A DNA stretch of 43,399 nt from a virus (lineage: Duplodnaviria; Caudoviricetes): the IMG/VR virus record IMGVR_UViG_3300048850_000056, positions 1 to 43,399 of that record; one strand, written 5' to 3'. The notes under the pieces were generated by a model, which did no database searches, was not told the origin of the DNA, and saw only the letters and a program-made list of their open reading frames with translations. Every line of letters begins with the position of its first letter. The stretch's first letter is position 1. Below, piece after piece: positions 8,633-17,966 of this stretch. The position numbers were made by a program, and so were the translations under genes.

Positions 8633-8780
8633 CACTGGATGAGCTGATGATCCTGCAGTGAGCCTCTGAGAACGCCTAGCCAGCGGGGAGCAATCCCGAG
8701 GTCGGTACACCGGTCAGCCCCAGCCTTGACGGCCTCGAACCCGAGGCACAGATTCAGGGCAAGTGCGAAAGCTATGACCA
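8633..8780 (+). ncRNA. Putative structured late-leader RNA
   Basis: Non-coding gap with several helices including a GCAA-tetraloop hairpin; ends at an intrinsic terminator. Confidence 0.55.
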
Positions 8781-8786
8781 GACGAC

Positions 8787-8815
8787 AGGCGGCCGAGAGG
8801 TCGCCTTTTTCGTTT
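8787..8815 (+). terminator. tR'-like intrinsic terminator before the late operon
   Basis: AGGCGGCC-GAGA-GGTCGCCT followed by TTTTCGTTT. Confidence 0.85.
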
Positions 8816-8822
8816 AAAGGAT

Positions 8823-9233
8823 ATGAGGCGCGCGAAGCAGTTCAAGCCGGTCGGTGCACCGTCGAGACCGGAGCAGAAGCGCCAGGCAGACAGGTGGCGT
8901 GGAAGCGCCAGCGATCGTGGTTACAATCACCGCTGGTCGAAAGCCAGCAAGACCCATCTCAGCAACAGCCCGCTGTGCATCGGATGCCGCGCCCTCGGCC
9001 GCATCGTACCTGCAACTCTGGTCGACCACGTCGATCCTCATCATGGTGATCCAGTCAAGTTCTGGGACACCGGCATGTGGCAGTCATCGTGCAAGTGGCA
9101 TCATGACAGCGTGAAGCAGCGGCTGGAGAAGATGTACGCCTCGGGCACCATTCGCCTCCAGGACCTTTGGTTGAACAGTGCCGTCGCGGTTTGCATCGCA
9201 AACGGCATGCGGTGCGACGAGGTCGAGGGGTAG
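8823..9233 (+). CDS. Packaging-associated HNH endonuclease
   Basis: RGYNHRW, PLCIGC, VDHVDPH, WQSSCKWHHDS; lies just upstream of terS. Confidence 0.9.
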   Translation: MRRAKQFKPVGAPSRPEQKRQADRWRGSASDRGYNHRWSKASKTHLSNSPLCIGCRALGRIVPATLVDHVDPHHGDPVKFWDTGMWQSSCKWHHDSVKQRLEKMYASGTIRLQDLWLNSAVAVCIANGMRCDEVEG

Positions 9234-9236
9234 CCA

Positions 9237-9345
9237 CGGGGTGGGGGGGAGGTTGAAAGTCTAGACCAACCTCCTTCCTGACCGGCGGCCTAACGCGCAA
9301 AAAATCGGCGCGATATTTTTGGCGATAACTTTTTTTTCGGGACCG
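9237..9345. other. Probable cos/packaging-initiation region
   Basis: Intergenic between HNH and terS; G-run, dyad GGAGGTTG/CAACCTCC (9248-9274), A/T tracts; HNH plus P27 TerS is typical of cos phages. Confidence 0.55.
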
Positions 9346-9384
9346 GGCGAGGCGGTGTCCGATCGAGCGGATGATTGATCGAAC

Positions 9385-10011
9385 ATGGGACGGCGCAAGG
9401 ATGACCCGCTTCTGCAAGCCGCGAAGGGATTCCCTGGTCGGCGCAAGCGCAAGGTCGAAGCGGAAATCGAGACGGCGGCCGAGGCGGCTGCCGCGCAGCC
9501 GGCAACGGCGGCCGATCCGTTCCCGATCCCTGACGTGTTCGTCCGAGCGCCTGCCTATTGGGCAGAGGCGATCAAGGTCTGGAAGGAACAGGCGGAAGTC
9601 CTGCGCAGTGCCGGCCGTCGCCGCCCGGGGTACCGGCGAGCATTGGCGCGTTACTGCATCTGGACGCAGTTTTATGTCTCAGCCGCCGAGCAGCTCCGCC
9701 GCGACCTGCCGAGGGGCGGAGCCTCGATCAAGGTGAAGAAGGGCGACGGCGAGACCGTGATCCGGACACATCCGAACATCGAGTTCATGGCGAAGGCTGA
9801 AACCGCTCTGCGCCTCCTCGATGCGGAATTCGGCTTCACGCCGGTGCGCGATCAGGACCTGGTCCGTGTCGAATCGTTCAATGCCGGTCAGGGCAAGCTG
9901 CCGCTTTCCGGTTCCCATCCCGCGTCGCAAGCACCGCGCGCCCCGAGCGACGATCCGATGGACCTCATGAACGCGAGCGATAGCCAGCCGCCCGGTATGC
10001 GGCCTAATTGA
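9385..10011 (+). CDS. terS: Terminase small subunit, P27 family
   Basis: MGRR...GFPGRR N-terminus, LARYC, HPNI, EFGFTP. Confidence 0.88.
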   Translation: MGRRKDDPLLQAAKGFPGRRKRKVEAEIETAAEAAAAQPATAADPFPIPDVFVRAPAYWAEAIKVWKEQAEVLRSAGRRRPGYRRALARYCIWTQFYVSAAEQLRRDLPRGGASIKVKKGDGETVIRTHPNIEFMAKAETALRLLDAEFGFTPVRDQDLVRVESFNAGQGKLPLSGSHPASQAPRAPSDDPMDLMNASDSQPPGMRPN

Positions 10012-10021
10012 AGGTGCCGAC

Positions 10022-11767
10022 ATGGCCGCGCCTTATCCGCTGGCCGTGCCTTACCCTAAGTGGCTGGCCGAAGTTGCAGACGACCCCGCCTATGCTTGGG
10101 CGATTTCGGGGTGGAACCGAGCCGCGGCGGTACCAGGCGCCTGGTTCGATCATGCCAAGGCGGACAGGATCGTCGAGCGTTGGCCGCAGATTTTCCGGCT
10201 GACGAACGACCGCTTCAAGGGCGTGCCGTTCCGGCTGGTGAAGTGGCAGGACATCACGGTTCGCCTCCTCGTCGGCTGGAAGAAGCCGATCGAGGTGATC
10301 GACCCGGCGACACATCGGCCGAGCGTCGAGCACGTCCGCGTGTTTCGTCGCCTGGATCTCTGGATACCGCGCAAGAACGGGAAATCAGAATTCCTGGCGG
10401 CACTCGCCGTCCTGTTCTTCGTCCTGGAGAAGGTCCACGGCGCCGAGGCCTATGTTTTCGGGCGGAACGAGGATCAGGGGCGCGTTCCTTTCGGGAAGAT
10501 GCAGGACATCATCCGCGAGGCCGATGGGCTGATGGAGGATGTCCAGGGCAACGAACGCATTTCGTTGCACGACAAGAGCATCTTTCTGAGGGAAACGACA
10601 TCGCTTTGCCAGCTGCTGACCGGCGCGCCTGACGGGAAGCACGGCCGATCGCCGACTGTCATCGTCGGAGACGAGATCCACGAATGGAAAACCCGGGACT
10701 TGGCCGACACGCTCCGGCAGGGGACGGGCGCCAGACTGCAGCCGATCGAACTCTACGCGTCGACGGCCGGGCGGAAGCAGAACCGAACCGGCTTCGAGTG
10801 GTTCGAAGAGTCGATCTCCATCATGCGAGACGAGATCGACGATCCCACGACCTTGGTCGTGTTCTTCGGCATCGACGAGGATGACGACTGGACCAATGAA
10901 GAGACTTGGCGGAAGGCAAATCCCAGTCTCGGCCTGACGCCTACGCTCGATTATCTAAGGACAGAGTTCAAGAAGGCGAAGGGCAGGCCGGCGCAAGAAT
11001 CCATTTTCCAGTGCTACCACCTCAATCGTTGGGTCGATCAGCTCTCGGGATGGATACCGCGCCCCAAATGGGCAGCGTGCACCGCCGATCCAACGTCGTG
11101 GAAGGAGCTTTGGACGCGGCACAAGGGGCGCAAGGCTTTTCTCGCCTGTGACGTTTCGTCGACGCGAGACCTTACCGCCCTCGTCATCGTTATCCCGCCG
11201 GATGACGAGCACGAGAAGTGGGTGATCATCCCGCTTTTCTGGGTGCCGGAGGACACGCTCGACGAGCGCGCCGAGCAGGATCGCCGGGTTGACTGGAAGA
11301 AGTGGGTTCGGGACGGAGCCTTGCGCACCACGCCGGGGGACTCCGTCGACCAGACCTTTGTGCAGGAAGCGATCAAGGATGCCTGCGCACAGTTCGATGT
11401 GCAGGCATTCGGCTTCGACCCATGGAACGCGCGTAAGCTTGCCGGCGATCTGCAGCATGACGGCATGGACGCCGAACTGCAGGTTGAGATGCGGCAGGGG
11501 CACCAGACCCTGTCAGGGCCGACGAAGGAATTCGAGCGGCTCGTCTTCGCTGGGAAGGTCGAGCACGGCGGACATCCGGTTCTTGCCTGGATGGCGGGGC
11601 ACTGCACGGTACGCTTCGACGTGAACCTCAACTACGTGCCGGACAAGAAGAACTCATTGGACAAGATCGATGGGATCATCGCGACCGTGATGGGCGTCGG
11701 TCTGGCAATGGGCGAGGAAGAATCCGGGATGGATGACTATTTCAAGAGCTTGGCGGGGGCAGTGTGA
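10022..11767 (+). CDS. terL: Terminase large subunit
   Basis: PRKNGKS Walker A, VGDEIHEW Walker B, DVSSTRDLTA, FDPWNA, KIDGIIA. Confidence 0.97.
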   Translation: MAAPYPLAVPYPKWLAEVADDPAYAWAISGWNRAAAVPGAWFDHAKADRIVERWPQIFRLTNDRFKGVPFRLVKWQDITVRLLVGWKKPIEVIDPATHRPSVEHVRVFRRLDLWIPRKNGKSEFLAALAVLFFVLEKVHGAEAYVFGRNEDQGRVPFGKMQDIIREADGLMEDVQGNERISLHDKSIFLRETTSLCQLLTGAPDGKHGRSPTVIVGDEIHEWKTRDLADTLRQGTGARLQPIELYASTAGRKQNRTGFEWFEESISIMRDEIDDPTTLVVFFGIDEDDDWTNEETWRKANPSLGLTPTLDYLRTEFKKAKGRPAQESIFQCYHLNRWVDQLSGWIPRPKWAACTADPTSWKELWTRHKGRKAFLACDVSSTRDLTALVIVIPPDDEHEKWVIIPLFWVPEDTLDERAEQDRRVDWKKWVRDGALRTTPGDSVDQTFVQEAIKDACAQFDVQAFGFDPWNARKLAGDLQHDGMDAELQVEMRQGHQTLSGPTKEFERLVFAGKVEHGGHPVLAWMAGHCTVRFDVNLNYVPDKKNSLDKIDGIIATVMGVGLAMGEEESGMDDYFKSLAGAV

Positions 11768-12990
11768 AGATCTTCCGGAAAATGGCAGACACGATACGCC
11801 GCCTTACGGTTCGTGAGCCTGACAGCTGGTACCCGGACAGCATGCGCGGCGATGCCGGCGAGGTCGTTACGGACGACTCGGCCATGTCCTTGTCGACGGT
11901 CTGGGCCTGTGTAAACCTGCTTGCCGGCACGATCGCCAGCCTGCCGTTGATGGTCTATCGGACCGACGTGCAAGGCCGCCGCACTGTTGCCCGCGGTCAT
12001 CCGCTCTACCGCGTTCTCCATGACAGCCCGAACTACGACCAAACGGCCGTCGACTTCTGGGAGTTCGCCAACGCCTCGATCGAGCTGTGGGGCAATGCCT
12101 ATGCGCGGGTCGAGCGCAGCGTCGGACAGGTGTCGGGTCTTTATCCGGTGGCACCGGGCCTCGTGTCCGTCAGGCGGCTCGACAATGGTGACCTGGAATA
12201 TCGTTGGACCGAGAACGGGAAATCCTACGTCGAGACTGACGCCACGATGCTGCACATTCGTGGCTTCGGCGGAAATCCTCTCGGCGGCATGTCAACGCTT
12301 CACTTTGGTCGCAACGCGTTCAGCCTGGCGCGCGCTATCGATCGATCTGCCGGCGGCATGTTCAAGAATGGCCTTCGCCCCTCCGGCGTCCTGACCTTCG
12401 AAAAGTGGCTGTCTTCGGAACAACGCACGCTGACAAAGACCGAGCTTGCCGAGCAGTTCCTCGGCGCTGCCAACTCGGGGCGGCCGCTCGTTCTGGAAGG
12501 TGGCACCAAATGGGAGCAGCTGACCATAAGCCCGGAAGACGCCCAGATGCTGGAGTCTCGCGGGTTCTCGGTTGAGGAAATCTGCCGGATCTTCGGTGTC
12601 CCTCCCTTCATGGTCGGCCACACGCAAAAGGTGACGAGCTTTGGTTCCGGACTCGAGCAACAGGTTCTCGGCTTTCAGAAGTTCACGCTGCGCCGCCGAC
12701 TGAAGCGGATCGAGCAGGCTCTGGAGAAGCAGTTGCTACGGCCGGAAGACCGTGCAGCCGGCATCACTATCGAGTTCAACCTTGAGGGCCTGCTGCGCGG
12801 CGACAGTGCGGCTCGGGCCAGCTTCTACCAATCCGGCCTCACCAACGGTTGGATGACAATCAATGAGGTCCGCGCACTGGAAAACATGCCACCGGTTACC
12901 GGTGGCGATGTGCCGCGCATGCAGATGCAGAACGTGCCGATCACCGAGGCCGGCCAGCAGCAGCAACTTCCGCCGCCGAACGAGGAATAG
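11764..12990 (+). CDS. HK97-family portal protein
   Basis: VWACVNLLAGTIASLP, LWGNAY, EEICRIFGVPP, GWMTINEVRALEN. Confidence 0.97.
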   Translation: MKIFRKMADTIRRLTVREPDSWYPDSMRGDAGEVVTDDSAMSLSTVWACVNLLAGTIASLPLMVYRTDVQGRRTVARGHPLYRVLHDSPNYDQTAVDFWEFANASIELWGNAYARVERSVGQVSGLYPVAPGLVSVRRLDNGDLEYRWTENGKSYVETDATMLHIRGFGGNPLGGMSTLHFGRNAFSLARAIDRSAGGMFKNGLRPSGVLTFEKWLSSEQRTLTKTELAEQFLGAANSGRPLVLEGGTKWEQLTISPEDAQMLESRGFSVEEICRIFGVPPFMVGHTQKVTSFGSGLEQQVLGFQKFTLRRRLKRIEQALEKQLLRPEDRAAGITIEFNLEGLLRGDSAARASFYQSGLTNGWMTINEVRALENMPPVTGGDVPRMQMQNVPITEAGQQQQLPPPNEE

Positions 12991-12995
12991 AGATC

Positions 12996-13661
12996 ATGAA
13001 AACCAAGGATTTCGCCCTGCAGATCAAGGATCTGTCGGATGAAGGAACCTTTGAAGGATACGGCTCCGTCTTCGGCAACGTCGACAGCTACGGCGAGAAG
13101 GTGATGCCGGGCGCGTTCGTGGCCTCGCTGGCAAAGCACCGCCGCGAGGGCTCTACCATATTGATGCTCTGGCAGCACAACCCGGATGTGCCGATCGGCG
13201 TCTGGGAAGATCTGGCAGAAGATTCGAAGGGGCTCTGGGGCAAGGGCCGGCTCATCATGGAAGTGCAGAAGGCCCGCGAGACGCACGCGCTGATGAAGGC
13301 CAAGGCAATCGGCGGCCTTTCAATCGGCTATCGCGAGGTGAAGGTCACGCCTGACGGCAATGTCCGCAACCTCGAAGAACTGGATCTCCGGGAGATTTCC
13401 CCGGTCTCATTCCCGGCCAATCGCCGCGCGCGGATCGAAGCCGTCAAATCGGAACGCATGGAAGAGTTCGCCCGCCGGCTGCGCGATGGAGACCCCATGC
13501 CAATCAAGGATTTCGAGGACATCCTGCGCGAGGCAGGGGTTCCGAAAAGCATGGCCGTTGCGATCGCCTCGCACGGTTATGCCAAGGCCATTCGGAGTGA
13601 GTCTGAGGGCAGTAAGGCGAATGAACCGGCTGCATTCCTGGAAGCTCTCCTCCGCAGCTGA
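12996..13661 (+). CDS. HK97-family prohead protease
   Basis: FEGYGSVFGNVD, LWQHN, GLSIGY, EISPVSFPAN. Confidence 0.96.
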   Translation: MKTKDFALQIKDLSDEGTFEGYGSVFGNVDSYGEKVMPGAFVASLAKHRREGSTILMLWQHNPDVPIGVWEDLAEDSKGLWGKGRLIMEVQKARETHALMKAKAIGGLSIGYREVKVTPDGNVRNLEELDLREISPVSFPANRRARIEAVKSERMEEFARRLRDGDPMPIKDFEDILREAGVPKSMAVAIASHGYAKAIRSESEGSKANEPAAFLEALLRS

Positions 13662-13692
13662 TTTTCCTCTCCTGTCCAGAAAGGACACCGCA

Positions 13693-15126
13693 ATGAAACG
13701 TCATATCTTCACCACGCTCGCCGTGGCGATGCTCGCTGTCGTGGGCGTGCTCACGGCGACCGGAGCAAACGCCGCAGTCGGCCTCATCAACCCTGCCGAC
13801 ATCGCCTCTCTGGCACCGTATGCAGCTATCGGCGCCGCCGGCGTTGCCCGCGTGGCATCGTCTCTCGTCGGCCCGCGCATTTTCTTCGCGCCGCCTGATG
13901 ACCTCGGTGGTGGCGGTCCATCCGCCGAGCAACTCGCGGCGCAGGTCAAGGCCAAGTTTGATCAATCTATCGATGCGGTAAAAGCCATCGCCGAAGAAGC
14001 ACTCGGCAAAGCGAAATCCGGTGAGGAGCTTTCCACCTCCATCAAGGAGAAGGCTGACGAAGCCCTCCTGAAGATGAACGGTCTGCAGGAGCAGGTTTCT
14101 GAGCTTGAGCAGAAGATGGCCCGCAACCGCGGCAATGGGGACGATCCGCAGAAGTCGTTTGGCGAGCAGTTCGTTGAGTCGGATGGCTTCAAGTCTTTCC
14201 AGGACAGCGGCTTTTCGAAGGGGGCGCGCGGGGCTGACCTGAAGGTGAAGGCCACGCTGACCTCCGCAACGACCGATACGGCCGGCGCCGTCGGCGCGGC
14301 TATTCAGACGACCCGCTTGCCGGGCGTCCTGGAACTGCCGCAGCGCCGGATGACCGTGCGTGACCTTCTCTCGCAGGGCCGCATGGACGGAAACGCCCTT
14401 GAATATGTCAAGGAAACCGGCTTCACCAATAGCGCGGCGCCGGTGGCGGAAAATACTGCAAAGCCCTCCTCAGACATCAAGTTCAGTCTGGTGACGACTT
14501 CTGCGAAGGTCATCGCTCACTGGATGAAGGCTTCCAAGCAGGTTCTCGACGATATCGCGCAGCTCCGCTCGATCATCGACCAGCGCCTGCTTTACGGCCT
14601 TGCCTATGTCGAGGAAACCCAACTCCTTAACGGAGATGGTACCGGCCAGAACCTGCACGGCATCCTGCCGCAGGCGACGGCCTATGCCGTGCCGGCGGGT
14701 CTTGTAGCGCCGACTCCGACCACCGAAATCGACACACTTCGCATTGCCATGCTGCAGGCGGCGCTTGCCGAATATCCGGCCACGGGTCACGTCCTCAACC
14801 CGATCGATTGGGCAACCATCGAACTGACGAAGGACAGCGAGGGTCGTTACATCATCGGCAACCCGCAGGGCACGGCACAGCCGACCCTATGGGGGCTTCC
14901 GGTGGTTTCCACGCAGGCAATGGCGGCCGGCAACTTCCTCACCGGTGCGTTCCGCCTCGGCGCGCAGGTTTTCGATCGCTGGGATGCCCGCATCGAGGCC
15001 GCCTATGTCGATGACGACTTCATCAAGAACCTCATCACCATCCTCGCTGAAGAGCGTCTTGCGCTTGCGGTTTACCGTCCGGAAGCCTTCGTCACCGGCG
15101 ATATCACACCACCGGTCACCCCATAA
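13693..15126 (+). CDS. HK97-fold major capsid protein with hydrophobic N-terminal leader, 477 aa
   Basis: AAGGA RBS before MKRHIF; coiled-coil delta domain; LLNGDGTGQNLHGI, TLWGLPVV, AEERLALAVYRPEAF. Confidence 0.95.
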   Translation: MKRHIFTTLAVAMLAVVGVLTATGANAAVGLINPADIASLAPYAAIGAAGVARVASSLVGPRIFFAPPDDLGGGGPSAEQLAAQVKAKFDQSIDAVKAIAEEALGKAKSGEELSTSIKEKADEALLKMNGLQEQVSELEQKMARNRGNGDDPQKSFGEQFVESDGFKSFQDSGFSKGARGADLKVKATLTSATTDTAGAVGAAIQTTRLPGVLELPQRRMTVRDLLSQGRMDGNALEYVKETGFTNSAAPVAENTAKPSSDIKFSLVTTSAKVIAHWMKASKQVLDDIAQLRSIIDQRLLYGLAYVEETQLLNGDGTGQNLHGILPQATAYAVPAGLVAPTPTTEIDTLRIAMLQAALAEYPATGHVLNPIDWATIELTKDSEGRYIIGNPQGTAQPTLWGLPVVSTQAMAAGNFLTGAFRLGAQVFDRWDARIEAAYVDDDFIKNLITILAEERLALAVYRPEAFVTGDITPPVTP

Positions 15127-15140
15127 GTTCGGCTCATCAA

Positions 15141-15164
15141 GGAGGGCAGTTTCGGCTGCCCTCT
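15141..15164 (+). terminator. Hairpin after the capsid gene (UUCG loop; stabiliser or weak terminator)
   Basis: GGAGGGCAGT-TTCG-GCTGCCCTCT; poor U-tract. Confidence 0.5.
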
Positions 15165-15188
15165 CTATGAACCGAAGGAGAGTGTGCG

Positions 15189-15413
15189 ATGAAAGCCTAC
15201 GATGTCCTCCGCCAGCATTATGGCGACAAGCAGTATCTGAAGGGCGATACCCGCCAGGCCGATCCAGCCGAAGTGAAGCATCTCGTCGACGCCGGCGTCT
15301 TGAAGGAAGCCAAGGCGAACGCCGATAAGCCTGCCGCCAGCAAGCCGGAGAAGGCTGACAAGGCGACCGCCAACAAGGCGGAAACTGCATCACCGAAAAA
15401 CAAGAGTGAATGA
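15189..15413 (+). CDS. Small head-associated protein with Lys/Ala-rich tail
   Basis: AAGGAG RBS; lies between capsid and connector genes. Confidence 0.75.
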   Translation: MKAYDVLRQHYGDKQYLKGDTRQADPAEVKHLVDAGVLKEAKANADKPAASKPEKADKATANKAETASPKNKSE

Positions 15414-15416
15414 TCC

Positions 15417-15998
15417 ATGCTCCGCCCTGTTCTCGTCACCGCGCCGTCAGCGCTGCCTGTCTCCCTTGCAGAGGTGAAGTCGGCGCTGCGCGTTGACGGC
15501 GGGGATTCGGACGCCGATCTGCAACGGCTGATCAAGTCGGCCGTGGCGCATTATGACGGCTGGTCGGGCATCCTTGGTATCGCTCTTGTTGCCCAGACCT
15601 GGCGGCAGGATTTCAACTGCTTCGGGCAGAAGATGATGCTGGGCCTCCGTCCGGTGCAGTCGGTCAGTTCCATCAAGTGGCGCAACGAAGGCGGGCAGAT
15701 CGCGACCGTCGCTGAAGCAGATTATGCCCTGAAGACCGACGCCGGCGGCCGGTCCTATGTCCGGTTCTTGAACGACTACTCGGCTCCGTCCGACCTCTAC
15801 GAAGATGCGGCCGTGTCGATCGAGTTTGTGGTCGGCTGGCCCATCGTTGCCGAGGCGGCGACGACGCCGGAGGATATCAAAACGGCGATCATCCTGCACG
15901 TTCAGAAGCATTATGACGAGGCGGCGAAAGCCAGTTCCGACATTCTTGACCGTGTCGAGCGTGATCTCATCTCCAAATACAGGGCTCCGTTCCTCTGA
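15417..15998 (+). CDS. Head-tail connector/adaptor
   Basis: PVSLAEVKSALRVD...PEDIKTAIILHV motifs. Confidence 0.88.
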   Translation: MLRPVLVTAPSALPVSLAEVKSALRVDGGDSDADLQRLIKSAVAHYDGWSGILGIALVAQTWRQDFNCFGQKMMLGLRPVQSVSSIKWRNEGGQIATVAEADYALKTDAGGRSYVRFLNDYSAPSDLYEDAAVSIEFVVGWPIVAEAATTPEDIKTAIILHVQKHYDEAAKASSDILDRVERDLISKYRAPFL

Positions 15999-16348
15999 TG
16001 GCCATCACTGCACAGGAACTCGATCGCCGGATCATCATCCAGCGGGCGACGACCGTCAACAATGAGTTCAATGAACCGGTCGAGACGTGGTCTGACCTCG
16101 CCGCCGTCTGGGCTCGTCGGCGGGACGTGAGCGATGGCGAGAGAGAAGCGGCCGGCCAGGTCGGCGCCACGTTGATGAGCCGGTTCACGGTACGCTCCAC
16201 CACGACAACGCGGGACATGAAGCCAACTGACCGCCTTAGCTACGACGGCGGCTTGTGGAACATCCACGGCCTAAAGGAAGCCGACGAGGGTCGGAACCGG
16301 TTTATTGAGATCACCGCGATCAGGGACGTTGACGCCGATGGCGCGTGA
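15998..16348 (+). CDS. Head closure protein
   Basis: LDRRIIIQR, VWAR, WNIHG pattern; synteny. Confidence 0.88.
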   Translation: MAITAQELDRRIIIQRATTVNNEFNEPVETWSDLAAVWARRRDVSDGEREAAGQVGATLMSRFTVRSTTTTRDMKPTDRLSYDGGLWNIHGLKEADEGRNRFIEITAIRDVDADGA

Positions 16349-16808
16349 GAGAGTTGAAGGGCTGCGGGAGCTTGATCGCGCCTTGGCCGAACTTCCCAAA
16401 TCCACCGCGAAGGCGGTCCTGCGCCGCACCTTACTGAAAGCAGGCGAGCCTCTGGCGGACGAAATGCGCAGCCTGGCGCCCGATGATGCATCGACAGGCG
16501 GCAACGACCTGAAATCGAGCATCGCCGTCGGCACGAAACTATCGAGGCGACAAGCCAAGCTGCATCGCCGCGAGTTCAAGAACGACAAGGCATTTGCCGA
16601 GGTTTTCGTGGGGCCGGGCCCTGACCCTGCGGCATGGAACCAGGAGTTCGGCAACATCAATCACGGGCCGCAGAGCTTCGCCCGGCCGGCGTGGGACGGG
16701 AAGCAGCGCGAGGTTCTCGACATCATCAAGACCGAGACCTGGAATGAGATTGAGAAGGCGGCACAGCGCCTCGCTCGCAAGGCTGCCAAGCTGGCAAGAG
16801 GATCGTGA
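16338..16808 (+). CDS. HK97 gp10-family tail component
   Basis: VEGLRELDRALAEL, QEFGN, PQSFARPAWD. Confidence 0.88.
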   Translation: MARERVEGLRELDRALAELPKSTAKAVLRRTLLKAGEPLADEMRSLAPDDASTGGNDLKSSIAVGTKLSRRQAKLHRREFKNDKAFAEVFVGPGPDPAAWNQEFGNINHGPQSFARPAWDGKQREVLDIIKTETWNEIEKAAQRLARKAAKLARGS

Positions 16809-17179
16809 TGGAAGAGGCATTGACCGCGCTGCTGGCGTCCGTCGCCGGCGGGCGCCGCTATTGGGTGCGGGCGCCCCAGGAAACGGCATATCCGAACATC
16901 GTTCTTAACAAAGTAGATGCCCTGCCCAATTACCACCTCCAAGGGGCCTCCGGGTTCGTTTCTAGCCGCGTTCAAGTCGACATTTACGCCAATACGTTCA
17001 CTTCACTGACATCCACCGCTCGGTCCGTGAAGTCGCTCCTGTCCGGCCACAAAGGCGGGATGATCCAAGGCATCTTTATCGAGAGCGAAAGAAATCTGCC
17101 CGCTGCGGACGCGGGAGAGGTCAACACCCTGTTCCGCGCATCCATCGACATCACCGTTCTATATGGAGAAACCCCATGA
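16808..17179 (+). CDS. Tail terminator (DUF3168-like)
   Basis: APQETAYPNIV, SRVQVDIYA; synteny. Confidence 0.8.
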   Translation: MEEALTALLASVAGGRRYWVRAPQETAYPNIVLNKVDALPNYHLQGASGFVSSRVQVDIYANTFTSLTSTARSVKSLLSGHKGGMIQGIFIESERNLPAADAGEVNTLFRASIDITVLYGETP

Positions 17180-17613
17180 CCGACGCCCGCATAGGCTACG
17201 GCACCACCTATGAAATCTGGGATGCCAGCCTCACGACACCCGCCTTCGTCGAAGTGGCGGAAGTCATCAACGTAACCCCCGGCGAAGCGGCTGCCGACCG
17301 GATCGACGCCACGCACATGCAATCTCCCGGCCGCCGGCGCGAATACATCTCGGGCCTGATCGACAACGGCGAGGCGACCTTCGAAATCAACTGGATCCCG
17401 GGCAACGCGACGGACGAACTGCTGCGCGGTCTCATGGACAGCGGCGAGACCGTCGAGCATCGGATCACGTTCCCCGGCGCGGCTCCTCGCGTGACCGTCA
17501 CCTTCGATGCCGCGATCATCGGCTATTCGAAGGCAATTCCGATCGACGACCGCATGACGGCGACGATCACGGTCGCTGTTTCTGGCGCTGAAACGTGGGG
17601 CACTGAAGCATAA
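17176..17613 (+). CDS. Major tail tube protein
   Basis: IDATHMQSPGRRREYISGLIDNGE; TATITVAVSG. Confidence 0.9.
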   Translation: MTDARIGYGTTYEIWDASLTTPAFVEVAEVINVTPGEAAADRIDATHMQSPGRRREYISGLIDNGEATFEINWIPGNATDELLRGLMDSGETVEHRITFPGAAPRVTVTFDAAIIGYSKAIPIDDRMTATITVAVSGAETWGTEA

Positions 17614-17966
17614 TGGCAAACCCGTCACGCGGCTCTGTCGCTTTCCAGGTCGGAGAGCGCGCCTACACCATGTCGTTCTCCGTCAACGCGCTCTGCGAGC
17701 TCGAGGATCATCTCGGCATGCCGGTCGCGCAGATCGCCTCCGGGATGGAGAAGGCCGAAAACGTCCGAATGTCTACCGTCCGCGCCCTCATTTGGGCCGG
17801 CCTTCGAGATCACCATCCTGACACTCAGTTGAAGGATGCCGGAGCTCTCGCGACTGAGGCGGGCATTCCCGCCTGTATGGAGGCGATCGGGAAGGCTTTC
17901 GCTCTGGCATTCCCGGAGGTGAAGGCCGATGAAAACCCTCAGAAGGCGAAGGCTTCAGACCGCTAA
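17613..17966 (+). CDS. Tail assembly chaperone (gpG-like)
   Basis: FSVNALCELED motif; lies between tube and tape measure genes. Confidence 0.85.
   Translation: MANPSRGSVAFQVGERAYTMSFSVNALCELEDHLGMPVAQIASGMEKAENVRMSTVRALIWAGLRDHHPDTQLKDAGALATEAGIPACMEAIGKAFALAFPEVKADENPQKAKASDR

Noticed and set aside
8631-8672. Cobalamin or TPP riboswitch, suggested by GCCACTG and CTGAGA
   Set aside because: The remaining conserved elements are absent, and the downstream genes are packaging genes.
8621-8780. Hammerhead ribozyme, suggested by CTGATGA (8644-8650) and CGAAA (8766-8770)
   Set aside because: Stems I and III cannot be formed in register around a NUH site, and the base after CUGAUGA does not start a canonical stem II.
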